Shown here in pieces: positions 1 through 64,000 of a DNA stretch of 64,000 nucleotides. Origin of the DNA: Octopus sinensis. Taxonomy: Eukaryota. The position numbers were made by a program, and so were the translations under genes. The notes under the pieces are model-generated. The model saw nothing but the letters and a program-made list of their open reading frames with translations. It did no database searches and had not been told where the DNA came from. Position 1 is the first letter of the stretch. Each line of letters opens with the position of its first letter. The stretch lies in the NCBI RefSeq assembly GCF_006345805.1, contig NC_043024.1:3906001-3970000 (forward strand), written 5' to 3'.

Positions 1-210
1 ATTTTAAACTATGTATTTATTATCTAAAATGTTTCTCATTTATTACACAAAACAAAAAAAAAAAAAAGACTCCATGGCAACAACAAAGGTTCGTCTTCAT
101 CGGCCCATCCAACATTGTTTTTCACCTCGGCTAAAACAATATACCACAAGAAAGACTGCAAAAGAAAGAGAGAACACTGTAGTAAGAAATAGACACATAC
201 ATAACCTCAG

Positions 211-510
211 GCGGCGAGGAGCTGGCAGAAACGTTAGCACGGCGGGCGAAATGCGTAGCCGTATTTTGTCTGCCGTTACGTTCTGAGTTCAAATTCCGCC
301 GAGGTCGACTTTGCCTTTCATCCTTTTGGGGTCGATAAATTAAGTACCAGTTACGCACTGGGGTCGATGTAATCTACTTAATCCGTTTGTCTGTCCTTGT
401 TTGTCCCCTCTGTGTTTAGCCCCTTGTGGGTAATAAAGAAGAGGTATTTTGTCTGCCGTTACGTTCTGAGTTCAAATTCTGCCGAGGTCGACTTTGCCTT
501 TCATCTTTTC
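211..510 (+). mobile_element. tRNA-derived SINE family B with partial tandem duplication; other copies 12870-13070(+), 48857-49090(-), 54937-55352(+), fragments 590-1720
   Basis: Head ggcggcgagctggcagaa, B box gagttcaaattcc, central gactttgcctttcatcctttcggggtcgat, tail gccccttgtgggtagtaaagaaata. Confidence 0.85.
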
Positions 511-971
511 TAGCATGTTAACGATTCTACCAGTTCACTTCATAATAATAATAATCCTTTCTACTATAGGCGCAAGGCCTGAAATTTGGTAGAGCAGGGG
601 ACTAGATGATTACATCAACCCCAGTGTGCAATAAATAAGTACCAGTTACGACGTAATCCGTCTGTCTGTCCTTGTTTGTCTCCTTTGTGTTTAGCCCCTT
701 GTGGGTAGTAAAGAAATAGATACATACATAACCTGCTTTGGGGGAGTGGACTAGTTGATTACATCAACCCCAGTACACAACTGGTACTTAATTCATTGAC
801 CCCCAAAAGGATGAAAGGTAAATTTGGACCCAGAACATAAAGACAGCTGAAATACCTCTAAGCATTTCGTCCAGCATGCTAACGATTCTGCCAGTTCACT
901 GCCTTAATAATGATAATAAAAATAATAATAATCCTTTCTACTATAGGCGCAAGGCCTGAAATTTGGTGGAG

Positions 972-1240
972 TGCCGCCTTGACTGGCTTCCGTGCTGGTG
1001 GCACGTTAAAAGCACCAACCGATCATGGCCGCTGGCAGACTCACCTATGCCGGTGGCATGTAAAAAGCACCCACTACACTCATGGAGTGGTTGGCGTTGG
1101 GAAGGGCATCCAGCTGTAGAAACACTGCCAGATCAGATTGGAGCCTGGTGCAGTCTCCTGGCTTCCCAGACCCCCGGTCGAACCGTCCAACCCGTGCTAG
1201 CATGGAAAGCGGACGCTAAACGATGATGATGCTGATGATG
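972..1240 (+). mobile_element. RTE LINE 3' tail fragment; further copies near 2781-3125(-), 4148-4690(-), 16700-16980(-), 30860-31060(+), 44670-45455(+), 47440-47643(+), 50640-51050(+), 53655-53850(+), 61815-62320(+)
   Basis: Shared block aaaagcacccactacactc...ggaagggcatccagctgtagaaac...catgctagcatggaaagcggacg ending in (gat)n, matching the 3' end of the RTE at 27790-27968. Confidence 0.85.
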
Positions 1241-1822
1241 AAGGGGACTAGACGATTACATCAACCCCAGTGCATAACTGGTACTTAAGTTATAGACCCC
1301 AAAAGGATGAAAGGCAAAGTCGACCTCAGCTGGATTAGAACTCAGAACATAATAATAATAATCCTTTCTACTATAGACGCAAGGCCTGAAATTTGGTGGA
1401 GAAGAGGACTAGACGAATACATCAACCCCAGTGTTTCACTGGTACTTAATTTATTGACCCTGAAAGGATGAAAGGCAAAGTCGACCTCAGCACATAAAGA
1501 TGGATGAAATACGTATTTCTTTACTACCCACAAGGGGCTAAACAAGGACAGACAAAGGGATTAAGTTGATTACGTCGACCCCAGTGCGTAACTGGTACTT
1601 ATTTAATCGACCCCAAAAGGACGAAAGGCAAAGTCGACCTCAGCTGGATTTGAACTCAGAACGTAAAGATGGATGGAGATAGCGGTTAATATTTTGTCCA
1701 GCGTGCTAACGATTCTGCGATTCCGCCATCTAGCCTCCCTCCCTTAACAGAGAAAGGAATTAACAACAATGACGACAAGAAGAACATTATTCTTACCTTA
1801 CTGACGCTATCGTATCGTATCG

Positions 1823-15694
<13,872 letters not shown>

Positions 15695-15720
15695 GTTGAC
15701 TCGAAATCTACAGTCGGTCA

Positions 15721-15763
15721 CCCACAATGCAACACTGAGGTCACGCATATCGATAACTTCCGG
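15721..15763. promoter_or_regulatory. Putative NDUFAB1 proximal promoter motif cluster
   Basis: CCCACAATGCA (ZNF143/SBS-like, 15721), TGAGGTCA (nuclear receptor half-site), TATCGATA (DRE, 15748-15755) and ACTTCCGG (ETS/GABP, 15756-15763), all within 70 bp upstream of the ATG. Confidence 0.5.
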
Positions 15764-16216
15764 TTAAACGCAATATATACATACATGCGTGTGTATATAT
15801 TCGTATACACGTTTTCTCGAGAAAGCCGAGAGCGAAAGATGTTTTATAAACACATTCTACCTGTATACGAAGTTTTAAATTTTTTAGTTACAAAGAAATT
15901 ATTTTAAAAATCTGTCGGTCAAAGTGAAAAGATCCGAGATGTATATATATATATACATATATATAGATATATATATATATATACATACATAGATATACAT
16001 ACATATATATATATATATATATTATACATATATATATTATATATATATATAGTATATATAATAATGTATGTGTATATATATATATATATATATAGGTATG
16101 TATATATATGTATATATATATGTATGTATATATATATATTATATATATATGTATGTATATATATATATGTATTATATATATGTATGTATATAGATATATA
16201 TATACACATTATAGTA

Positions 16217-16252
<36 letters not shown>

Positions 16253-17480
16253 GTATAATTTATTTAGGTATAGGCGTAGTTGTGCGGGGAGAAGTTTGCT
16301 TCCCAACCACGTTTCGGGTTCGATCCCACTGCATGGCACCTTGGGAAAGTTGTCTTCAACATCGCCGGGGCCGATCAAACGGGAAATCCGTGCGCGTATT
16401 TTTATATGCCCCCCTTTCCCTTCTACACCTCCACACCTCCACACCCATCGTTGTTGGTTTGATTACGTCCTTGGTACTTAGCAGGTCGGCAGAAATAGAC
16501 CGTTAGAAGAAGTACCAAACTTCAAAATGAAAAAAAGAAAAGAAAAGAGGTACCTTCAAGACGGTGCCCCAGCATGGCCGCAGTCCGACCATGCAAAGAA
16601 AAGATTAACGTTATCTCCTCTTTGTTTTGCCCTTCTTCTGCCTTTCTCTCGGTTGATTGTTTTGATGGAAGAGGACAGCATCCGTGACCTTCTCATACGA
16701 CCTCCAAGGCTGCATGAAGTGGATCCAGTCTGATTCAGCACGGTTTCTACGGCTGGATGCCCTTCCTAACACCACCACTCAGCAGAGTGTAATGGGTGCT
16801 TTTCTGCGTGTCGCCGGCACAGGTGCCATCTGCATGACACCAGCAATGGCCACGATTACAATTTCACTTGGCTCAATGAGTTTTCTCAAGCGCAGCATGT
16901 CGCCAAAGATCTTCGTCACTCGTCATCCCCTCCATGAGGCCCCAACATTCAATGACCATGCTTCCAGCAACGACACCGACTTTGATTTCATGGATGTCAT
17001 TTACGTATATCTACAGGGTTAGCCAAAAGTCACCCGACAGTAAATCAAAATTCCATAAATACTTAGGAGTGGCTGTGTGGTAAGTAGCTTGCTTAGTGGC
17101 TTAGTGGTTTGCGCGTGGCTTAGTGGTTAGGGTGTCAGCACCATGATCGTAAGATTGTGGTTTCGATTCCTGGACCGGGAGACGTGTTGTGTTCTTGAGC
17201 AAAACACTTCATTTCACGTTGCTCCAGTCCACTCAGCTGGCAAAAATGAGTAACGCTGCGATGGACTGGCGTCCCGTCCAGGTGGGGAACCCATATACGC
17301 CATGGAAACCAGGAAACCGGGCCCATGAGCCTGGCTAGGCTTTAAAAAGGGAGCATTTATTATTTTTTTTTATTCCAATTATGAATGTTTACAAGATGGA
17401 CTTCAGTTTGAACAATTTTCATCATGTTTCATATTTAGATGCTTTTATTAAATTCATTCACTTGTTAATCATAAATAAAC

Positions 17481-18520
17481 CATCAGCATCATCACCATCA
17501 TAATCATCATCATCGACTAATGTCCATTTTCCATGCTGGCATGGGTTGGACAGTTTGACTGAGGGCTGGCAAACCAGATGGCTGCACCAGGCTCCAGTCT
17601 GATCTGGCAGTGTTTCTACAACTGGATGCCCTTCCTAACACCAACCACTCCAAGAGTGTAGTGGATGCTTTTTATGTTCCACTGGCACAGGAGCCAGTGA
17701 GGTGGCCCTGGCATTGATCACATTTGGATAGTGCTTTTTACGTGCCACCGGCACAGGTGCCAGTCAGGGGGCACTGGTATTGACCATAATCGGATGGTGC
17801 TTTTTATGCGCCGCCGGCATGGGAACCAATCAGGCGGACCTGGCATCGACCACGTTTGGATGGTGCTTTTTACATGCCACCAGCACAGGAGCCGCTGAGG
17901 GGGCACTAGTCACAACTACGATTTTAGTTTTACTTGACTCATCAGGTCTTCTCAAGCATATCATATCGCCCGATGCATCAAGGGTACTCTTAAGTAAGCC
18001 AGACATGCAACACTGGCGCTGGTCATGGCTGCGATCTCGCTTTAGTTGCCAGGTCTTCCTAATCACAGCACATCTCCAAAGGTCCCAGTCTCCTGTCATT
18101 GCCTCTGTGAGGCCCAAAGTTCGATGGTCATGCTTCACCACCTCATCCCATGTCTTCCTGGGTCTACCCCTTCCACAGGTTAGAGTAGCACTTCCTCACA
18201 CAGCTGTCCTCATACATACATAACACATGACCACACCAGTACAGTCATCTCTCTTGCACACCACATCTGATGTCTCTTATGTCCAACTTTTCTCTCAGGG
18301 CGCTCACACTCTGTCGTATATGCGCACTGACATCACACATCCAGCAGATCAAACTAGCTTCATTTCTTGCAAGCCTATGCATATCCTCGGCAGTCGTGGC
18401 CCATGTTTCACTGCCTGGTAGTTCGCATACAAGCATCATACAGTCTACCTTTCATCCCGAGCGAGAGGCCCTTAGTTGCCAGCAGAGGTAGGAGCTCCCT
18501 GAACTTTGTCCAGGCGATCT
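17481..18520 (-). mobile_element. Degenerate 3' fragment of the same RTE LINE family
   Basis: GSETWATTAEDMHRLARNEAS..., HDHRTLGLTEAMTGDWDLW, then the shared 3'UTR and (GAT)n tail. Confidence 0.85.
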
Positions 18521-19165
18521 GGAAATTAAATGGTTTTGATTTACTATCAAGTGAATTTTGGCCAACCCTGTGCGTGTGTGTGTGGTGTGTGTGTGTGTGT
18601 GTGTGTGTGTGTCTTCTCTTCCATTAAGGCGTGACAACCAGTGTTGGTGTGTTTACGTTCCTGTAACTCGTCAAAAGAGACCAAAAGAATAAAAACCAGG
18701 CTTCAAAATAAAAATTAAGAGCTGGGGTTGATTTGTTCGACTAAAAACTCTCCAAGGTGGTGCTCCATCATGGTCGTAACCTAATGGCTAAAACGAGTAA
18801 AATACAATAGATTCCAAATGAAATTCACGTGAGATACATAAATGTCTGCTCTTCTCATAATACCCAGGCTTGTAAAACGAAGGTTTGTTATTTTTCTTCC
18901 CGTACTGAAGACAAAAATAACAAACAAACAATTATTTTTCGTTTCGTTATTTCACATATACCTCGATGTATTTATATATTCCCCATTTATGGAAATCACG
19001 CCGCCGTTCTCCACATTTACCTTTAAATGGATTATTTTACGATTTTGTTAATTTATAAATCTACAAAAAAAAAAAGAAAGAACCTGATACCGTTGAATGT
19101 CAGATGAGGTAGACACAAGTCCCAGATCTTAATTCGTCAAGAAGTGAGGTAAGTACTCACTGTGT

Positions 19166-19224
<59 letters not shown>

Positions 19225-19431
19225 TCCTTTACTCTTTTACTTGTTTCAGTCATTTGACTGCGGCCATACTGGAGCACCGCCTTTAGTCGAGCAAATCGAC
19301 CCCGGGACTTATTTTTTGTAAGCCCAGTACTTATTCTATCGGTCTCTTTTGCCGAACGCTAAGTGACGGGACGTAACCACACAGCATCGGTTGTCAATGC
19401 TAGGGAGACAAACACAGACGCACAAACCACC

Positions 19432-19474
<43 letters not shown>

Positions 19475-20945
19475 ATATATATATACATATATACGACAGG
19501 CTTCTTTCAGTTTCCGTCTACCAAATCCACTCACAAGGCATTGGTCGGCCGGGGGCTATAGCAGAAGACACTTGCCCAAGGTGCCACGCAGTGGGACTGA
19601 ACCCGGAACCATGTGGTTGGTTAGCAAGCTACTTACCACACAGCCACTCCCCTAATTACATATAGTCGTACGCTTGTACGTACGGATGCATGCATGCATA
19701 AACACATGTATGTATGCACCTCGGAATATATGCATGTATGTATACATGTATAGATTTAAGGACGCTTGTATGCATGTATTCATGCATATATATATCTGTT
19801 TGCAAACATTCATGCACATACATATGTAGGCATGCATGCATATATGTATGCATGCATGCATACGATTCTTTGTGCAAGCATGCATACATAAAAATGCATA
19901 CATATGTTCTTGTGTTTACGTCCACATCGATCCAAAAAGAAAACCCCCAGATGAAACCCTCAGAAAGCAAATGCCCGGGTAAGCCACAACCCAAATCGCT
20001 GAAGCTAGTTACTAATAATACTAACATATATTAGTGACTAACCCCGAACATGAGTCAGATTAAACCACTTAATCTCCTCCTCGTTGCTTAAAATAAGTAA
20101 AAACAATAATAATATATATATATAACAAAAGAGCTAAATGCTGGCGGACGTGCAGGAAATCTAATAAAAAATCGATATTTTTAATATCGTAAGCGACGTA
20201 AGGAAATCATGCAACCACCTGTTTTATAATTAACATAGAAATAATTATGATAATAGTAATTATTGTTGTGATTATTATTATTTGCTGAGGAAGAAGAATA
20301 GAAAATTGGGATGGAGAGAGAGAGAGTTGATTAAATTGATTTAGGTATAATGTCTGGGGTGGGTGTTTTATTAAATCGTTTCCTGGAAGGATGAAAGATG
20401 AAGCAGACCTCGATAGAAATTGAACTCGGAATGTGAAGGGAGGTAACTAGATGGTGCGGTGTGAGTGAAGGTTGAGAGAGAGAGGGTAAAAGGTAGAGAG
20501 AGGGTGATAGAGATAGAGAGAGACGGAGAAGTGAGAGAGGAGGAGCAGGAGAGGCGGAGAGAGACAGAAGAAGAGAGGCTGAAAGGAGCAGACAGCATTT
20601 TTTCTCTCCATCCTTGCTGACTTTATACACCGTTTGTGTGCGTAAATATATATATATATACATAAATACATACACCCATACATAGATACACAAATACATA
20701 CACGCACACATATATATATAAATATATGTATTTATATTTATATATACACACATTAACCAACATACACAGCATTATAGATCCATTTAAATACATATATATA
20801 TATATATACACTTGTGTGTGTATACATACATAAATACGTATACATACATGCACGCACACACACACACACATATATAAATATATATATATATTTATATATA
20901 CACACATATTAATCAACGTACACAGCATTATAGATCCATTTAAAT

Positions 20946-20988
<43 letters not shown>

Positions 20989-21501
20989 CTTGTGTGTGTG
21001 TGTGTATATATATGCATACATAAATACTTATACATACATGCACGCACACACACACATATATATTTACATATATCCATACATAAACATATAATATATATAT
21101 ATACATACATACATATATGCATGTATACACACATCTCATGCGCACATATGTCGCGCACTTTACATTGATAATTTCTAATCAAAGCACCATATGATTTTTG
21201 TCACTAATGTCGCTCTGTGTATATAATTTTCCGTTATCGAGTCGGTGATGTGCTTTTAACCAAAATCTGTTTTCTTCTCCATTTTACAGAACCATATGGA
21301 GTTCAGTACCATCGTTCTATTGGAAGACTAACTGTTCGTCCCACACTTCTTGCCTCGGAGACAGGAGCGAACCATCTCGGATTACCAGGGACGTCTCTTT
21401 GCTTACCTCCAAATACCCAGCCGCTTATTTAACATATATCCATACACACACATATATATATATATATATGTAGGTCCCGGGTTGAGTCGGGGTTAACCAC
21501 A

Positions 21502-21557
<56 letters not shown>

Positions 21558-22516
21558 GTACCCATCATTTTAATTACTTTATACATTCCTTCGGATTACA
21601 CGAAAACGTACAACCCTTCGTGTTACACGCGCAGACACACACACATATATATATATACACGCACAGATATAGATTCCCATATATATATACACTCTACATA
21701 GGCCATGTATTGAGTACTTCCTCGTCGGTAGTAGCTACGTCTGCAATCACAAACAGATATTTTTTTTTCAAATCATTACACATACCCATAAATATCAACA
21801 TACATGCATACAAATATGTACATATCTACACACATACTACACGTACATACATAAATATATAGACGTGCATACATGTGCATGATAAATATACATACATAAA
21901 TATTACATACACACCTAAACATTCATACATAATTATATATATATATATATATATTTTACGTACATATTTGTACATAAATATACAAACATCATTTTAAATA
22001 TATAAATATATATACAGTATCCAAGTCAAACCTGGATACATTTAACACCATTATATATATTATATTATATATATATATATATATATAATATATATATCCC
22101 TATAGATCGCTCAATAAAACACCCATTTCACGTGTAATTTATAAGAAGCATTCGGAACCAGGGCGCTCCGGTTGGCGCAAACCTCACGTGTGTTGCAGGT
22201 CCCTGCACAGGGTCGTGTGCCACACCCTGCCATGCCTCCAATTAAGATGTAATATCTATCTATATATATATATATGTATTGTCATCGTTATATACACACA
22301 TATAGTTACCTATAGACACATTAATTGCTGTAAATCTTTTGTGACATTCTCGACAGACGTGGATACATGTCGGGAAAAATCTATCTCAGATTATAACGAG
22401 ACTCACAAATCTGTTAACACACGTATATATATATATATATATATACATCCATAGAAAAAAGAGAGATATATACACATATATAGACAGACATATAGACACG
22501 CATACGCTCATTCATA

Positions 22517-22564
<48 letters not shown>

Positions 22565-23703
22565 ACATGTATGTTTAAAATGCGCTCATACGTATCTATG
22601 CATTTATAAATTACGCACATACATCCCTGTGTAGACACATAGACATACATATCTGTGTATATATATATATGAAATATACACTCAGGCCCGCATGCGTTTA
22701 CGACACGTATGTTTGTGGACGGATAAATAGATTTTTTTTTTCCCATCAATAATTTCGTCACGCACTTTCCATCTCCGTCATCATCGCCACCATCAGCCTT
22801 GTTAATTTAATATTTTTTTCTCCCCCACATCACCACATAGATACATATTTGTCATCAATATTGTTGTAACGATGTCATCACTCCGATGATAATTCCAACA
22901 TCGATTTTAATTACGACGATGACAGCAATTATCATGACGATATAATGTAAATGACACTTGTTAATTAACCAAATTCTTCCACGCTTTTATTTTTTTCCCC
23001 TTTCTGCTTTCGTTATTCCTAACCCTAGAGCTAGTTATTATTATTATTTATATCCAGCCTCTCCCCGGTAGAAATGACAATTAAATATATTTCTTATAAC
23101 CACCATACCGCTTTCATACGCGGACACATTGCTATTTGACATATATTATGAAAAGAGCAGAAAAAAAGATAAAAGGGAAATCATGGTCGCGGTTCGATAC
23201 CATGTAGGTCTTCTGGATCAGAGATGACTCGGGGTTAAAACATTACTATAACCCTGTAAACAAAGGAAGAAAAGCCCCCAATCCATCATTAATAATACAC
23301 ACGCATTCACACTCACTTATACACACCTATTTATTGGACTATTTAAATTACGTGACAGGTTCTTGTTATAAGATCAAAACTTAATCAGCGCATATTTACG
23401 TATTCATATAAATATATACACACATCCTTAACAGGGTGTGTAGGTACATATAATATATATAATATATATATATTTAATCGGAATAGTTCCTGATTTGCAG
23501 AAGAAGAGAGTAAATAAAAATAAAAACGAAAACGTCTGGCGACGAATGCGTATTTCGTTTGTGTCGAAATAATAAGGATGAGGAAAAGTAATAAGGAAGG
23601 AATATGTATGAAGAATATATATAAAGAAATACGCTGACAAAATCTTTGAGGAAGGGACCAGGATCGAAACGCTAACCAAATGATTCCCCCAAACCAATCC
23701 AAA

Positions 23704-62956
<39,253 letters not shown>

Positions 62957-63516
62957 GTAAGTGCCAGCCATCACTCACTCTCCCTTTGTCTGTCTGTCTG
63001 AAACAATCCACTCATAATACATATAGGCTTACAAACAATAAGTCCTGGGGTTGATTTGCTCAACTGAAGGCAGTGCTCCAGCATGGCTGCAGTCAAATGA
63101 CTGAAATGAGGTAAAAGAATGAAAGAAGAAGAGAATACTCGCCATGTTCATATAAGGAGATATCAGCAATCAGCCTCCCTCTCTCTCTTTCTTTCTCTCT
63201 CTCTCTTTTTCTCTCTCTCTCTCTTTCCCTCTTTCTCTCTTTCCCTCTTTCTCTCTTTCCCTCTCTCTCTCTTTCCCTCTTCTCTCTCTCTTTCCCTCTC
63301 TCTCTCTCTCCCTTTCCCTCTCTCTTTCCCTCTCTCTCTCTCTTTCCCTCTCTCCTCTCTTTCTTTCTCTTCTCTCTCTCTCTCTCTCTCTCTCTTTCCC
63401 TCTTTCTCTCTCTCTCTCTTTCTCTTTCTCTCTGAAACAATCCACTCACCCTCTTCTCATCGTCGTCATCATCATCATCATTTAATATCCATGTTCCATG
63501 TTGGCATGTGAAGATG

Positions 63517-63660
63517 CATGGCTCAGTGGTTAGAGCGTTGTGCTTACAATCATGAGGTAGTGAGTTCGATTCCCAGACTGCGCTGTGTGTTGTGTTCTTG
63601 AGCAAGACACTTTATTTCACGTTGCTCCAGTTCACTCAGCTGTAGAAATGAGTTGCGACA
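63517..63660 (+). mobile_element. tRNA-derived SINE family C; other copies ~5630-5960, 8485-8750, 17111-17360, 31090-31330, 31768-32125(+), 47100-47250(-)
   Basis: tggctcagtggttagagc (A box), gagttcgattcc (B box), then tgtgttcttgagcaagacactttatttcacgttgctccagttcactcagctg. Confidence 0.8.
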
Positions 63661-63905
63661 TGGCCGAGTGTCGGAACTGGCCGAGTCACTGGATGTTCTA
63701 TTCTTTTACTTGTTTCAGTCAGTTGACTGCGGCCATGCTGGAGCACCGCCTTTAGTCGAGCAAATCGACCCCGGGACTTATTCTTTGCAAGCCTAGTACT
63801 TATTCTATCAGTCTCTTTTGCCGAACCGCTAAGTGACGGGGACATAAACACACCAGCATCGGTTGTCAAGCAATGCTAGGGGGACAAGTACAGACATACA
63901 CACAC

Positions 63906-63955
<50 letters not shown>

Positions 63956-64000
63956 TATATACAACGGGCTTCTTTCAGTTTCCGTCTACCAAATCCACTC

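Overview
AT-rich, repeat-dense animal genomic DNA. The repeat repertoire (tRNA-derived SINEs, RTE LINE tails ending in (GAT)n, long microsatellites) points to an octopus, which is an inference. Two divergently transcribed, intron-rich genes were reconstructed by hand with consistent splice phases. (1) NDUFAB1, the mitochondrial acyl carrier protein, on the minus strand (ATG 15694, stop 1823), with two tandem homologous versions of exon 2 that look mutually exclusive. (2) The first 19 coding exons (about 1,039 codons) of ARFGEF3/BIG3 on the plus strand (ATG 23704), which runs off the window. Introns hold SINEs, RTE and CR1 LINE pieces, mariner relics, piggyBac-type MITEs, Helitrons/HINEs and Penelope-like foldback elements. 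Most notable: a set of minimal type I hammerhead ribozyme motifs with three different 3-8 tertiary pairs (C-G, U-A, G-C) plus U4C variants, including a ~154-bp tandem retrozyme-like array; a PHD-type zinc finger inside the RTE reverse transcriptase; a partial copy of ARFGEF3 exon 14 captured inside a LINE tail in intron 8; and a SINE that repeatedly multimerises at one junction. All calls come from manual reading and remembered family motifs; no searches were run.
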